64,000 nucleotides of DNA from Kiritimatiellia bacterium (GCA_040767085.1 JAXGPF010000006.1:192001-256000), one strand, 5' to 3'. Positions 28,350 to 38,872 are shown, numbered from the stretch's first letter. Numbers and translations: made by a program. The notes: generated from the letters alone by a model not told the origin.

Positions 28350-28946
28350 ATGGAAGTATGCATCACCGGCGGCATCGCCTGCGGTAAAACCACGGCGGGC
28401 GCGTATTTTGCGCAGCAGGGCTTCGCCGTGCTGGAAGCGGATGATATCTGCCGCGGCCTGATGCGCGCCGGCCGGACCGTGTTCCGCGCCGTCGCGGCGG
28501 AATTCGGCCCGGACATCATCGGGCAGGACGGCGAAATTGACCGCGCGGCCCTGGGCCGGCTGGTTTTTGGAGATGCGCGGCAGCTGGCGCGTTTAAATGC
28601 CCTGACGCATCCGCCGGCGCGCGCGGAAATCAACCGCCGGCGCCGGACGCGGACCGGCCCCCTGGCCGTGATTGTCCCGCTGGCCTACGAAGCCGGTTGG
28701 GCGGCGGATTGGCCGGTGATGATTTGCGTCGGCGCGCCCGCCGCGCTGCAGTTGGAGCGCCTGCAGGCACGGGGGCTGACTCCGGCCGAGGCGCGCGCCC
28801 GGCTGGCGGCGCAGATGCCCGTGGAGGAGAAAATGCGCCGGGCCGATTACGTGATCTACAATTCCGGCGCACCGGCGGTATTGCAGCGGCAGGTTGATAT
28901 GATTTTGAAACGTTTGCATTTTGGAAAGCACACCAAGCAGGAGTAA
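28350..28946 (+). CDS. coaE: Dephospho-CoA kinase
   Basis: [11 protein letters not shown]-loop, [18 protein letters not shown] and RLAAQMP motifs. Confidence 0.95.
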   Translation: MEVCITGGIACGKTTAGAYFAQQGFAVLEADDICRGLMRAGRTVFRAVAAEFGPDIIGQDGEIDRAALGRLVFGDARQLARLNALTHPPARAEINRRRRTRTGPLAVIVPLAYEAGWAADWPVMICVGAPAALQLERLQARGLTPAEARARLAAQMPVEEKMRRADYVIYNSGAPAVLQRQVDMILKRLHFGKHTKQE

Positions 28947-28951
28947 CATGT

Positions 28952-30550
28952 ATGGAAGACAAAAACCACAATTCCGAAACCCCGCGCCCGCGCCGGCCGT
29001 ACCGCGCCCCGCGCCACCATATTAAACGCTTCTACCGCCCCGGCGCGCGCGAGCGCTTGCCGGACGACGATCGCGAACACGCGCCAGCCGAAACCGGCGC
29101 CGCCGCGGCGCCCGCCCCGGGCCAGCCGGCCGGCGTCAACGGCGCGGTCAACGGCAACTATCACGACGCCCAGAACGGCGGAGCGCCCAATCACGACCCC
29201 AACGCGCCGCAGGGCGGCAATGGCGGCAACGGTCCCGCCGGCACCAACGGCGGCAACGGCGAGACAGCGGCGCCGCCGGAACAACGTCCCGCGCCGCAAG
29301 TGCTGAACCTGTCCGAATTGCAGCAGAAAACAGTGCCGGAGCTCAGCGAACTGGCCGACCAGTTCCGCCTGATGGATCTCGGCGCTTTGCGCAAACATGA
29401 ATTGATTTTCGAAATCCTCAAGGCCAATGCCCGCGTGCGCGGCACCATTTTCGGCAAGGGTGTCCTGGAAATCCTGCCGGATAACTTCGGGTTCCTGCGT
29501 TCGCCTTATTACAATTACCTGCCCTGCCCGGAGGATATCTACGTTTCACCTTCGCAAATCCGCCGCTTTGCCCTGCGCACCGGCGATTTCGTCGAAGGCG
29601 AAATCCGCTCGCCCAAGGATAAGGAACGCTTTTTTGCCCTGCTGCGGGTGGACCGCATCAACGGCCAGGATCCCGAAAAATCGCGCAACAAGGTGCCGTT
29701 CGAAAACCTGACGCCGCTGTTCCCCAACCAGCGTTTCATCCTGGAACGCGAGCAGTCGGAGATTTCCATGCGGGTGATGGACATCTTCACGCCCATCGGC
29801 ATGGGCCAGCGCGGCCTGATCGTGGCGCCGCCGCGCACCGGCAAAACCGTCCTGCTGCAGAAAATCGCCAACAGTATTTCCGCCAACCATCCGGATGCCC
29901 ACTTGATCGTCCTGCTGATTGACGAGCGGCCGGAGGAAGTCACCGACATGGAACGGAACACTTCCGCCCAGGTGTTGAGTTCCACTTTCGACGAGCCGCC
30001 GGAACGCCACATCCAGGTGGCGGAAATGGTGATCGAGATGGCCAAGCGCATGGTGGAATCCGGCCGGCACGTGGTGATCCTGCTCGACAGCATCACCCGG
30101 CTGGCGCGCGCCTACAACACCATGGAGCCGCATAGCGGCAAGATTCTCTCCGGCGGCGTGGATTCCAACGCCCTGCACAAGCCCAAGCGCTTCTTCGGCG
30201 CCGCCCGCAATATCGAACACGGCGGCAGCCTGACTATCGTCGCCACCGCGCTGGTGGATACCGGCAGCCGTATGGACGAGGTGATCTTCGAGGAATTCAA
30301 GGGCACCGGCAACATGGAGCTGCTGCTGGACCGCCACCTGGTGGACAAGCGGGTGTTCCCGGCTATCAATGTGGATAAATCCGGCACCCGCAAGGAGGAA
30401 TTGCTGCTCCACCCGGACGAGTTGAGCAAAATCTGGATTCTGCGCCGGGCCATTACCGGCGTCCAGCCGGTGGAAGCGATGGAACTGGTCATCAACCGCC
30501 TGAAAAAGACCAAAACCAACGCGGAATTCCTGATGTCCCTGAATGAGTGA
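28952..30550 (+). CDS. rho: Transcription termination factor Rho with a long N-terminal extension
   Basis: [37 protein letters not shown] and [11 protein letters not shown] motifs. Confidence 0.98.
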   Translation: MEDKNHNSETPRPRRPYRAPRHHIKRFYRPGARERLPDDDREHAPAETGAAAAPAPGQPAGVNGAVNGNYHDAQNGGAPNHDPNAPQGGNGGNGPAGTNGGNGETAAPPEQRPAPQVLNLSELQQKTVPELSELADQFRLMDLGALRKHELIFEILKANARVRGTIFGKGVLEILPDNFGFLRSPYYNYLPCPEDIYVSPSQIRRFALRTGDFVEGEIRSPKDKERFFALLRVDRINGQDPEKSRNKVPFENLTPLFPNQRFILEREQSEISMRVMDIFTPIGMGQRGLIVAPPRTGKTVLLQKIANSISANHPDAHLIVLLIDERPEEVTDMERNTSAQVLSSTFDEPPERHIQVAEMVIEMAKRMVESGRHVVILLDSITRLARAYNTMEPHSGKILSGGVDSNALHKPKRFFGAARNIEHGGSLTIVATALVDTGSRMDEVIFEEFKGTGNMELLLDRHLVDKRVFPAINVDKSGTRKEELLLHPDELSKIWILRRAITGVQPVEAMELVINRLKKTKTNAEFLMSLNE

Positions 30551-30617
30551 TATTTTGCTTTGTCGCTTCCGGATTTTATGCTAAAAAGGAAATTTAACCA
30601 TTCAGGAGCGTTGCCGC

Positions 30618-31988
30618 ATGAAAGTCAGCGTTGAAAAAAAGGGACCCTGCCGAAAAGTCATGACGGTGGAACTGCCGGTCGAGCGCGTGCGGGAGGAATA
30701 TAACGACATTTTGAAGCACTCCGCCAAGATCGCGCGCATCCCCGGCTTCCGCCAGGGCCGCGCCCCGGTCAACCTGGTGGAAAGCCATTACAGCCGGGAA
30801 ATCCGGGGCGAAGCCCAGGAGCGCCTGGTGGCGCGCACTTACAAGGAAGCCTTGAAAAAGGCCGAAATTGACCCGGTCATGCTGCTCAACCTGGATGGCG
30901 ACCTGCAGAAAGAACAGCCGCTGGTTTACCGGCTGACCGTGGACGTGGCGCCGGAATTCAAGCTGCCCCGCTACAAGGGCATTTCCCTGAAACCCGGCAA
31001 CCTGGAAGTCACCGACGCCATGGTGGAAAATTCGCTGCAGCGTCTGCTGGAAAATTTCGCCAAGTACGAGGATGTGGATGGACAGCCGGTTCGCCCGGAC
31101 GACTTGGCCGTGGTGGATTTCGATGCGGAATTGGACGGAAAACCGCTGGGCGAGGCTGTGCCTGCCGCCGCCGGCCTGGATCGCGGGCGCGACATGATGG
31201 TGCTGGCCAACGAACAGGGCTCCTTCCTGCCGGGATTCGACAAGCAACTGCTCGGCTTGAAAGCCGGCGATGCAAAAAGTTTCGAGGTTGCCTTCCCCGC
31301 CGGCTTCCGGACGCGGGGACTGGCCGGCAAAACCGCGATGTATCATGTCCGGGTGAAACGGGTCCGGGCGCGCCAGCCGGCGGAATTGAACGATGAATTG
31401 CTGAAACAATTCGAAGCAGCGGACGAGGCGCAGCTCCGGGCGAAAATCCGCGAGAAACTGGCGGCGGAAATGCAGGCGCAGGACCGGGCGCGCCAGAAAG
31501 ACGAAATCATCCGCTACCTGCTGTCCAAGACTTCGCTGGACCTGCCGGAATCCCTGGCACAGGAGGAAGCCATGCGGGTGTTTTCCACGCTCATCCGCCG
31601 GGCCATGATGCAGGGCATGACCCGCGAGCAGGTTGCCGGGCGCAGGGAGGAATTCCGCACCGCCGCCGCCGCCACCGCCGCCGACCGGATCAAGACCAAC
31701 TATATCCTCCATCGCATCGCCACTGAGGAAAAAATCCAGGTGGCCGATGAGGAAATCGACCGTGAAATCCGCACGCTGGCGCCGCGCTACCAGATGACCG
31801 AGGACCAGTTGCGCAAGAAACTGCAGGAAGACCAGGAAATGGACGCCTTGCGGCATGATATCCTGTCGGAAAAAACCCTGGATTTCCTGCTGGCCAACGC
31901 CAAAATCGGAGAGGAAGGATTTTTAACCCGCCTGATGGGCGGCGGACGCAAGCCGGCGGCGGAAGGCGCGCCGGCGGCGCCGGCTTGA
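30618..31988 (+). CDS. tig: Trigger factor
   Basis: [10 protein letters not shown] ribosome-binding signature and an FKBP-like domain; precedes clpP-clpX. Confidence 0.96.
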   Translation: MKVSVEKKGPCRKVMTVELPVERVREEYNDILKHSAKIARIPGFRQGRAPVNLVESHYSREIRGEAQERLVARTYKEALKKAEIDPVMLLNLDGDLQKEQPLVYRLTVDVAPEFKLPRYKGISLKPGNLEVTDAMVENSLQRLLENFAKYEDVDGQPVRPDDLAVVDFDAELDGKPLGEAVPAAAGLDRGRDMMVLANEQGSFLPGFDKQLLGLKAGDAKSFEVAFPAGFRTRGLAGKTAMYHVRVKRVRARQPAELNDELLKQFEAADEAQLRAKIREKLAAEMQAQDRARQKDEIIRYLLSKTSLDLPESLAQEEAMRVFSTLIRRAMMQGMTREQVAGRREEFRTAAAATAADRIKTNYILHRIATEEKIQVADEEIDREIRTLAPRYQMTEDQLRKKLQEDQEMDALRHDILSEKTLDFLLANAKIGEEGFLTRLMGGGRKPAAEGAPAAPA

Positions 31989-32013
31989 ATTTTACCGCTG
32001 AGAGGAGATTCCC

Positions 32014-32640
32014 ATGAATGAACGCGCTCAAATGCTGGTGCCGATGGTAGTGGAACAGACCGGTCGCGGCGAACGCGCCTATGACATTTACTCGCGTCTG
32101 CTCAAAGACCGCATTGTTTTTCTCGGCACCGCGGTAACGGACGAAGTCAGCAGCCTGGTCGTGGCCCAGTTGCTCTTTCTGCAGGCCGAAGACGCCGGCA
32201 AGGAAATCAGTTTTTACATCAATTCACCCGGCGGCTCGGTGACCGCCGGCATGGCCATTTATGATACCATGCAGTTTGTGAAATGCGATGTGGCTACTTA
32301 CTGCGTGGGCCAGGCCGCCAGTTTCGGCGCCGTATTGCTGGCCGCCGGCACCCCGGGCAAGCGTTTCGCCCTCCCCAACTCCCGGATCATGATGCACCAG
32401 CCCTGGGGCGGCACCCAGGGCACCGCGTCGGATATCAGCATTCAAGCCAGGGAAATTCTGCGCCTGCGCGACATCATCAATGGCATCCTTTCCAAGCACA
32501 CCGGCAAGCCCGCCGAAACCGTGGCGCGGGACACCGACCGGGATTATTTCATGTCGGCGGAAGAAGCCAAGGCGTACGGCCTGGTGGATGCCGTAGTCTC
32601 CAGCCGCCGCGCGGTGGAAACCGGCAACGCCAAGCATTGA
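32014..32640 (+). CDS. clpP: ATP-dependent Clp protease proteolytic subunit
   Basis: [26 protein letters not shown] and MMHQP motifs. Confidence 0.98.
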   Translation: MNERAQMLVPMVVEQTGRGERAYDIYSRLLKDRIVFLGTAVTDEVSSLVVAQLLFLQAEDAGKEISFYINSPGGSVTAGMAIYDTMQFVKCDVATYCVGQAASFGAVLLAAGTPGKRFALPNSRIMMHQPWGGTQGTASDISIQAREILRLRDIINGILSKHTGKPAETVARDTDRDYFMSAEEAKAYGLVDAVVSSRRAVETGNAKH

Positions 32641-32677
32641 CGGCAGCCGGCCGGACGATTATGGGAAGCATATCATC

Positions 32678-33925
32678 ATGACGCGCAAAAAAATGCCTGC
32701 CTGCGGATTTTGCGGACGACCGCAATCGCAGGTCCGCCAACTGGTCATCGGCCCGGAAGTCAACATCTGCGACGACTGCATCAAGCTCTGCGAGTCCATG
32801 CTGCAGCCGGCGGCTGCCTCCGGGGGCAAGCCGGAGCAGTTCAAAATCCTGAAGCCGCAGCAAATCAAGCGTTTCCTCGACGACTATGTCATCGGCCAGG
32901 AACAGGCCAAAAAAGTGCTGTCCGTCGCCGTTTACAACCACTACAAGCGCCTGACCCAGTCGGACGCCATCCCCCGGGATAACCCGCTCGCCAAAGTGGA
33001 AATCCAGAAGAGCAATATCCTGCTCCTGGGCCCCACCGGCAGCGGCAAGACCCTGCTCGCGCAGACCCTGGCGCGCGTGCTCGACGTTCCTTTCAGCATC
33101 GCCGACGCCACGCCCCTGACCGAGGCCGGCTACGTCGGCGAGGATGTCGAAAACATCCTGCTGCGCCTGATCCAGGCCGCCAACATGGATGTAGCGCGCG
33201 CGGAAAAGGGCATCATTTACATTGACGAGATCGACAAAATCGGCCGGCGGGCGGAAAACGTCTCCATCACCCGCGATGTTTCCGGCGAAGGCGTCCAGCA
33301 GGCGCTGCTGAAAATCCTCGAAGGCACCATTGCCAACGTGCCGGCGCATGGCGGCCGCAAGCACCCGCAGGAACAATTCATCCGCATCAACACCGAGGGC
33401 ATCCTTTTCATCTGCGGCGGCGCTTTCGTGGGATTGGATGACATCGTGCGCCGCCGCCTTGGCGCCCGCGCCATGGGCTTCGGCGCCGGCAACGCCGGCG
33501 CGGCCGCGGCTGGCGACCTGGAAAACATCATCCGGCACGTCGAGCCCGAAGATTTGATCCGTTACGGCATGATTCCCGAATTCGTCGGCCGCATTCCGGT
33601 GGTGACGGCGCTGGACGCCCTGAACGAAGCCGAACTGGTGCGGGTGCTGACCGAACCCCGCAACAGCATGGTCCGCCAGTATGAAAAACTGATGGCAATG
33701 GAAAAAATCAAGCTCTCGTTCGCGCCGGAAGCTCTCCGCGAAATGGCGCGCATGGCGATCCGGAAAAAAACCGGCGCCCGCGGGCTGCGCGCGATCCTCG
33801 AACAAATCATGCTCGACCTGATGTACGAAGCGCCATCACGCACCAAGACGGAATACCACGTTACGGACCGCGTCGTCACCGGGGCGGATTCGATCTTCGA
33901 CCATGCCGGCCGGATCAGCGCTTGA
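32678..33925 (+). CDS. clpX: ATP-dependent Clp protease ATP-binding subunit
   Basis: C4 zinc finger, [20 protein letters not shown] and [10 protein letters not shown] motifs. Confidence 0.98.
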   Translation: MTRKKMPACGFCGRPQSQVRQLVIGPEVNICDDCIKLCESMLQPAAASGGKPEQFKILKPQQIKRFLDDYVIGQEQAKKVLSVAVYNHYKRLTQSDAIPRDNPLAKVEIQKSNILLLGPTGSGKTLLAQTLARVLDVPFSIADATPLTEAGYVGEDVENILLRLIQAANMDVARAEKGIIYIDEIDKIGRRAENVSITRDVSGEGVQQALLKILEGTIANVPAHGGRKHPQEQFIRINTEGILFICGGAFVGLDDIVRRRLGARAMGFGAGNAGAAAAGDLENIIRHVEPEDLIRYGMIPEFVGRIPVVTALDALNEAELVRVLTEPRNSMVRQYEKLMAMEKIKLSFAPEALREMARMAIRKKTGARGLRAILEQIMLDLMYEAPSRTKTEYHVTDRVVTGADSIFDHAGRISA

Positions 33926-33950
33926 CCGGCACGCATGCCCGGCGGGCGTG

Positions 33951-34433
33951 TCAGTCCCCGGTGAATTCCCGCAAATGCGTATTGTGTTCCCGGATGCCGC
34001 CGGCCTGGCGTTGTCCAGTACCGAACGACTGGCAGGCGCCTTGAACCAGCAGAATGGCCCCCGCCATGGCGGCCAGGCTGACGCACCAGGGAATCAACGC
34101 TCCCCAGTAACTTACCTGCATCAGTCCGCAAATCACGACCACGCTGAAGACCAGCCCGACCAGCCCCAGCAGCCCCCAGGCCATGAGATGACCCGGCAGG
34201 TGCGCCTGCGTCACCGCCACCACGGCAACGGCCATGGCCCAGGCGATTAACACGACCAGCAGTGACCGCCAGAATCCAGGCTGCTCAAACCGGAAGGCCC
34301 GGCCGGCCAGCCACAGCGTCAGCGTCCCCGCCAGAATGGCCAGGCCCAGGGTCAGCCAGCGCTCGAAATCCGAGCCCGGCGCCTGGAGCAGCCAATCCAG
34401 CGCCGGCAGAATCTGAACAATGTACTTTTGCAT
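33951..34433 (-). CDS. Hypothetical membrane protein
   Basis: About four hydrophobic helices; GGAGG upstream; directly downstream of panD. Confidence 0.7.
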   Translation of the reverse strand: MQKYIVQILPALDWLLQAPGSDFERWLTLGLAILAGTLTLWLAGRAFRFEQPGFWRSLLVVLIAWAMAVAVVAVTQAHLPGHLMAWGLLGLVGLVFSVVVICGLMQVSYWGALIPWCVSLAAMAGAILLVQGACQSFGTGQRQAGGIREHNTHLREFTGD

Positions 34434-34451
34434 GGCAAGCGCCTCCCATGA

Positions 34452-34817
34452 TTATACTTCGCACAGCGGTCCGGCTGGACGGTTATGTTCGTCCAGCACC
34501 AGCACCAACGGCCGGTGCCGCCGGGCTTCCGCCGCCGGCACGGCGGCGAAGGCCATCACCACCAGCCGGTCGCCGATGCGCCCCAACTGCGCCGCCGGCC
34601 CGTTCAGGCACACAACGCCGGAATGGCGCGGCGCCGGCATGGCATAAGTTTCAAAGCGGTTGGCATTAGCGCGGTTGGACACCAGGATTTTTTCGTACGG
34701 CAGGATTTTCACCGCGTCCATCAATTCCTGGTCCAGGGTTAGACTACCCTGGTAATCCGGCTCCACCGCCGTGACAGCGGCCATGTGCAACTTGGATTTC
34801 AGCATGATCAGGTCCAT
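34452..34817 (-). CDS. panD: Aspartate 1-decarboxylase
   Basis: MLKSKLH, YQG|SLT self-cleavage site, RFETY and LNGPAA motifs. Confidence 0.96.
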   Translation of the reverse strand: MDLIMLKSKLHMAAVTAVEPDYQGSLTLDQELMDAVKILPYEKILVSNRANANRFETYAMPAPRHSGVVCLNGPAAQLGRIGDRLVVMAFAAVPAAEARRHRPLVLVLDEHNRPAGPLCEV

Positions 34818-34929
34818 GTAGCTTCTCCTCCCCTGGAGCCCATTTATACAACTTGCCCGGCTGAAATCCAAGCAAAGTTTACGCAGGCGGCCGGCGCTGA
34901 CAGGCCTGCGTCATGCTCAGCGGCTTGCT

Positions 34930-35150
34930 CCCGCGCCTTGTGCGCCGTTCCGGATGAAAAGGCAGGGCGCGCAGTGCCGTCAGCGCGGCCCGCGCCTTGC
35001 GCGCCGTTCCGGAGGTAGGGCGCGATCTCCGAGCGCGCCGTTCCGGATCGGAGGCAGCCAGGGCGCTAGCCGCGGCAGCGGCACTGGCCGCCCCACCGAA
35101 GGATGAATACGGATTCCGGAGGCAGGGCGGGGTCTCCCTGCGGGCTACGT
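34930..35150. repeat. Cluster of REP-like palindromes and short direct repeats
   Basis: CCCGCGCCTTGYGCGCCGTTCCGGA at 34930-34954 and 34989-35013, with its core again at 35033-35047; GTAG-type palindrome GGTAGGGCGCGATCTCCGAGCGCGCCG at 35014-35040; variants at 34961-34990 and, inverted, at 35072-35097. Confidence 0.7.
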
Positions 35151-35257
35151 CCGGCTTTGACGGACGTCGCTTAAGCTATACAGGAAATACAGGACAAGCC
35201 GCACCAAGTCATCTTTTCCGGGAATGACGCAGCCCTGTCGGCGCCGGAGGTTGAATA

Positions 35258-35605
35258 TTATACGCCACGGTCAAGAATTCGCTTAAGCACGACCGCTTCG
35301 TTGTGCAACTCATCCTTGGCGGCGTAAACAAGGGTGATGTCTCCCTGACGCGCGAGCGCTCTAAGCTCTGACAATACCGGATTGATTTTAAGCTCGGTAA
35401 GATATTTCCTTTGAAACTCGGGCCACTTTTCAGGATCGTGCCCGAACCATTTGCGCAGTCCGGTGGATGGCGCCGCGTCCTTCAGCCAAAGATCGATTTT
35501 AGCCTTGCTCTTTGTCAATCCGCGCGGCCAGAGCCTGTCAACGAGAATTCGCATCCCGTCGGTTTTTGCCGGTACTTCATAAGCTCGTTTCAGGAAAATG
35601 CTCAT
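35258..35605 (-). CDS. DUF488 family protein (YeaO-like)
   Basis: KRAYE, RILVDRLWPRGL, APSTGLRKWFGHDP and TLVYAAKD motifs. Confidence 0.92.
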   Translation of the reverse strand: MSIFLKRAYEVPAKTDGMRILVDRLWPRGLTKSKAKIDLWLKDAAPSTGLRKWFGHDPEKWPEFQRKYLTELKINPVLSELRALARQGDITLVYAAKDELHNEAVVLKRILDRGV

Positions 35606-35618
35606 CTTTTACCTCTCT

Positions 35619-35668
35619 GTGACGCTTAACGTTGCCCTTGAGCGGCGCGCGTTAACGCGGAGTAGTTA
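35619..35668 (-). other. attC-like half site (integron cassette boundary)
   Basis: Minus strand reads ...GCGCCGCTCAAGGGCAAC-GTTAAGC (GTTRRRY core), ending 18 nt before the DUF488 ATG. Confidence 0.5.
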
Positions 35669-36781
35669 GGGTCACGTCTAAATTTGTAATATTTTCAGCA
35701 CTTTACAGCAGGCCGTATTGACATCTCTGTCAATCTCGCGTTGGGCTTCCAAGCGTCGCACCGCTTCACCAACTGCAGCATAATCCAGGCCGCCCACCGC
35801 CGCGCCAAGTTCATGATAGGTCAGCCCGGTGCAAGCCCGCGCCGCCCATAATGCCACATCCCGCCCCCAATCGCCATGCCGGTTGACAAAGACCGCCCAC
35901 TTTTCCTGCTTCACCGTTTCAACCGTTTTAACCACCTCCGCAAAACTACGTAAGCCGCGTAAAGCACGCTTCGCCGGCCACTCCCGGCATAACGGTTTAG
36001 CTCCTTGCTTTATAGCCTGAAAATATCCTTCGGCGCCAACCGCCAAATTGCTTCGCAAGCGCTCGGCCCAGTTCTCGGCATAGCCACCCCTGACATATCG
36101 CTCAAGTTCCGCACGATACCGCCGGCACCGCTCCGCCCCACGACCGCCTGCTCTTTTCAAAATCGCTTCCTGATGCAACCAGTCCGGGCCGCGGTTATAA
36201 CCGGCAAAGGCACAATATGAACTCCACGCATGCTCCCGTAACACCTTCAGCCGTGAAGCCACCTCGGTGGCACTAGCCGCCTGCTTCAACCCTAACCCTT
36301 CAAGACGCCGCCCGTGTTTATCCAGCCCCAGCCATTTCACACGCACCGGATTCAAATGCACATACTGGCTCAGCCGATAGAGCCACCCACCGCCCTCCAC
36401 CGGCACACTCTTAAAGCGCCCCTGGAACAACGGCCCAACCCGGTCATGCCGCCGGTTAAACCAAATACTGTAGCTCACATTTAACCATTGCATCCCACGG
36501 CTTAGATTGCCCTCCGGCACGCGCACAATCAAATGATAGTGATTGTCCATCAGCACATAACCATGCACTTCAAACGCATAGCGCTGGCTAACCTTTGCAA
36601 GCAACCCCATAAGATGCTCGTAATCGCCCTGGTCGCAAAAGATCCCCGCGCGATTAATCCCGCGGTTCACCACGTGATACCACCCGCCTGCATGCTGCAA
36701 TCGAAGTGCTCTAGCCATGTTTAGATGCCAACACAATCCGTAATTCTTGTCAAGTATTTATTACTTATTTAGACATGACCC
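35669..36781. mobile_element. Y1/RAYT-type transposase element with 15-bp terminal inverted repeats, flanked by TTA on both sides
   Basis: Left end GGGTCACGTCTAAAT (35669-35683); right end ATTTAGACATGACCC (36767-36781); 14/15 match. TTA at 35666-35668 and at 36782-36784. Confidence 0.75.
35678..36718 (-). CDS. HUH (Y1) transposase, RAYT/IS200-like, with a C-terminal DnaA-C-like HTH
   Basis: MARALR...WYHVVNRG, YVLMDNHYHL (HUH), LFQGRFKS, YVHLNPVR (catalytic Tyr) and WSSY motifs; C-terminal LTYHELG...DYAAV. Confidence 0.92.
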   Translation of the reverse strand: MARALRLQHAGGWYHVVNRGINRAGIFCDQGDYEHLMGLLAKVSQRYAFEVHGYVLMDNHYHLIVRVPEGNLSRGMQWLNVSYSIWFNRRHDRVGPLFQGRFKSVPVEGGGWLYRLSQYVHLNPVRVKWLGLDKHGRRLEGLGLKQAASATEVASRLKVLREHAWSSYCAFAGYNRGPDWLHQEAILKRAGGRGAERCRRYRAELERYVRGGYAENWAERLRSNLAVGAEGYFQAIKQGAKPLCREWPAKRALRGLRSFAEVVKTVETVKQEKWAVFVNRHGDWGRDVALWAARACTGLTYHELGAAVGGLDYAAVGEAVRRLEAQREIDRDVNTACCKVLKILQI

Positions 36782-36973
36782 TTATCTGATTATCTGCCGC
36801 CGCATGACTCCAGTTGGCGATATTATACTGGACAACACCGGAATTATTGAGCAAAATTCATTATGTATGATTAATTAGCGGCCAACGATCATACACACGT
36901 GAGCCAGGTTGCCGGGCGGCGTTTATTACGCAAACATTTTGCCTTGGATTATCGGCGAATTTCAGTTCTGCCT

Positions 36974-38698
36974 ATGAATGTTTTAAGCGAACAACACATA
37001 TTGCTGTTTTTAATCCAGCTGCTCATCCTCATGGGATGCGCGCGCGGGGCCGGCGCATTGTTACACCGCATCAACCAGCCAAGTCTTCCCGGCGAGATAT
37101 TTGTTGGATTGCTTTTAGGCCCCACCTTGTTTGGCAGATTTCTGCCGGATATCCAACAGATTCTGTTTCCTCCGGATCCCGTTCAATGGGCGATGCTGGA
37201 TGCGGTGTCTTGGCTGGGGGTGTTGTTTCTGCTGCTGGATACGGGGTTGGAAGTGGATTTTTCCATTGCCTGGCGGCGGCGTGGCAGCGCGTTGATGATA
37301 GCCGTCGCCGACATCATTATTCCCATCCTGCTGGTGTTTGCGGTCTTCGTCTGGATGCCGGGCCGTTATTTTGTCGACCCCGGAGATCGCTGGCTGGTGG
37401 CGCTCTTTATTGGAACCGTTTTGACGATCAGCGAGCTTCCGGCAACGGCAAGCGTGCTCAACGATCTCCGGTTGATTAAATCTGAAATGGGGTACCTGAT
37501 ATTGTCGGCCCTGACCGTCAACGATCTCATTGGCTGGGTTTTATTTACGATCATGCTGGGGATGTTCACCGCCGCCGTGGCCGCCTATGGCTCCATTGCC
37601 ATCGTGTTTCTCGGGACCATTGCCTTTGCCGCCCTGGCTTTGACCCTGGGCAGGCGATTATCCACCGTCCTGTTTGACTATCTCAAGAATAAGGATGTGG
37701 CCGAGCCGGCTACGTCCCTCACCATCACCATGCTGCTGGGACTGTTGTTTGGCAGCGTAACCCAGTGGATGGGCATCCATGCGCTATTCGGCTTTTTCAT
37801 TGCGGGGATCGTCGTGGGCGAGGCGAAAGCGGTCTCCGAACAGACCCGCAGGATTATTTCTCAATTGGTGCATACGCTTTTTGTGCCGATTTTCTTCGCG
37901 ACGATCGGGCTTAAAATCGACTTTATCGGCGAATTCGATTGGCTGGCGATCATCGTGATCTTTGCGGCGGGTGTCGGCGGGCGGTATCTTGGCGCATGGC
38001 TTGGCGTAACCTGGAGTTCCGTGCCGCGCATCAATCGTGATTTGATTTCCATCGCGCACACGCCCGGCGGCATTATGCAGATCGTGATCGCTATCCTGGC
38101 GCTCGAAAGCAGGATTATCACGAATGCCGTATTCGTTTCCATTGTGCTGGGAGCGATCCTGTCAACCATGCTCATGGGCCCCTGGATGAAGCGGTCTTTT
38201 TCCAAACGCACGGCCTTGCAGCCAGGCGACCTGCTTCGCATCGGCGCAATCATTCCGCACCTTGAATCAACGGACCGCCAGGGAGCGATTTGGGAGATGG
38301 CTGCGGCCTTGGCGGCAGCCGGCGGCGTCAAGTCTCATGAGCGCTTGCTGTCCAAAATCATGACACGCGAGGCGGATTTCGGGACGGCCATCGGCTCGGG
38401 TATCGCCATTCCCCATGCCCGCCTGGAGCATTTAAAGGATCCGGTCATCGCCTTCGGCCGTTCGGTAGCGGGCCTTGACTGGAATGCGCCCGACGGCCAG
38501 CCTGTACGTTATGTTTTCCTGCTTGCGACACCGCTGGACATGGAAGACATGCATATACAGATACTGGCTGTCATCGCGCGCAATATGTCGCATCATAAAT
38601 TTGAAAAGCGGCTGCGGGAGGCCACCAGCTCGAACGAAATCGAAACAATACTGAGGTCGGACATATTTAATGCTGGATCCGGGACACCGGACGCTTGA
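36974..38698 (+). CDS. Cation:proton antiporter (CPA2/Kef-type) fused to a PTS EIIA domain
   Basis: QPSLPGEI..GLLLGP, GLEVD, NDLIGW and FVPIFF motifs; C-terminal READFGTAIGSGIAIPHAR. Confidence 0.9.
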   Translation: MNVLSEQHILLFLIQLLILMGCARGAGALLHRINQPSLPGEIFVGLLLGPTLFGRFLPDIQQILFPPDPVQWAMLDAVSWLGVLFLLLDTGLEVDFSIAWRRRGSALMIAVADIIIPILLVFAVFVWMPGRYFVDPGDRWLVALFIGTVLTISELPATASVLNDLRLIKSEMGYLILSALTVNDLIGWVLFTIMLGMFTAAVAAYGSIAIVFLGTIAFAALALTLGRRLSTVLFDYLKNKDVAEPATSLTITMLLGLLFGSVTQWMGIHALFGFFIAGIVVGEAKAVSEQTRRIISQLVHTLFVPIFFATIGLKIDFIGEFDWLAIIVIFAAGVGGRYLGAWLGVTWSSVPRINRDLISIAHTPGGIMQIVIAILALESRIITNAVFVSIVLGAILSTMLMGPWMKRSFSKRTALQPGDLLRIGAIIPHLESTDRQGAIWEMAAALAAAGGVKSHERLLSKIMTREADFGTAIGSGIAIPHARLEHLKDPVIAFGRSVAGLDWNAPDGQPVRYVFLLATPLDMEDMHIQILAVIARNMSHHKFEKRLREATSSNEIETILRSDIFNAGSGTPDA

Positions 38699-38711
38699 GA
38701 TCCTTGCAAAA

Positions 38712-38872
38712 GCAACAGTTCAGCCCTTTTCACCGCCCCGGAGTCATGAGGAATCAGCGTAGAGGGCGGCATGTGCGGCGGAGGTGTCGGCGGTGACGAG
38801 TTTATAGAGGAAGCGGATGGACGGCTGGTTTTGGCGGCGGGCGGTGCCGAGGATGCTGGCAGTCGTGGATAC
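38712..38872 (-). pseudogene. Probable IS66-family remnant (transposase C-terminus plus a terminal repeat)
   Basis: Minus-strand frame 38860-38744 reads ASILGTARRQNQPSIRFLYKLVTA...; GCAACAGTTCAGCCC at 38712 resembles the GTAA..GTTCA IS66 ends. Confidence 0.45.

Noticed and set aside
34930-35047. Mini CRISPR array of 25-bp repeats
   Set aside because: Only two full copies plus a partial one; the intervening sequences are unequal in length, palindromic and related to each other, which fits REPs.
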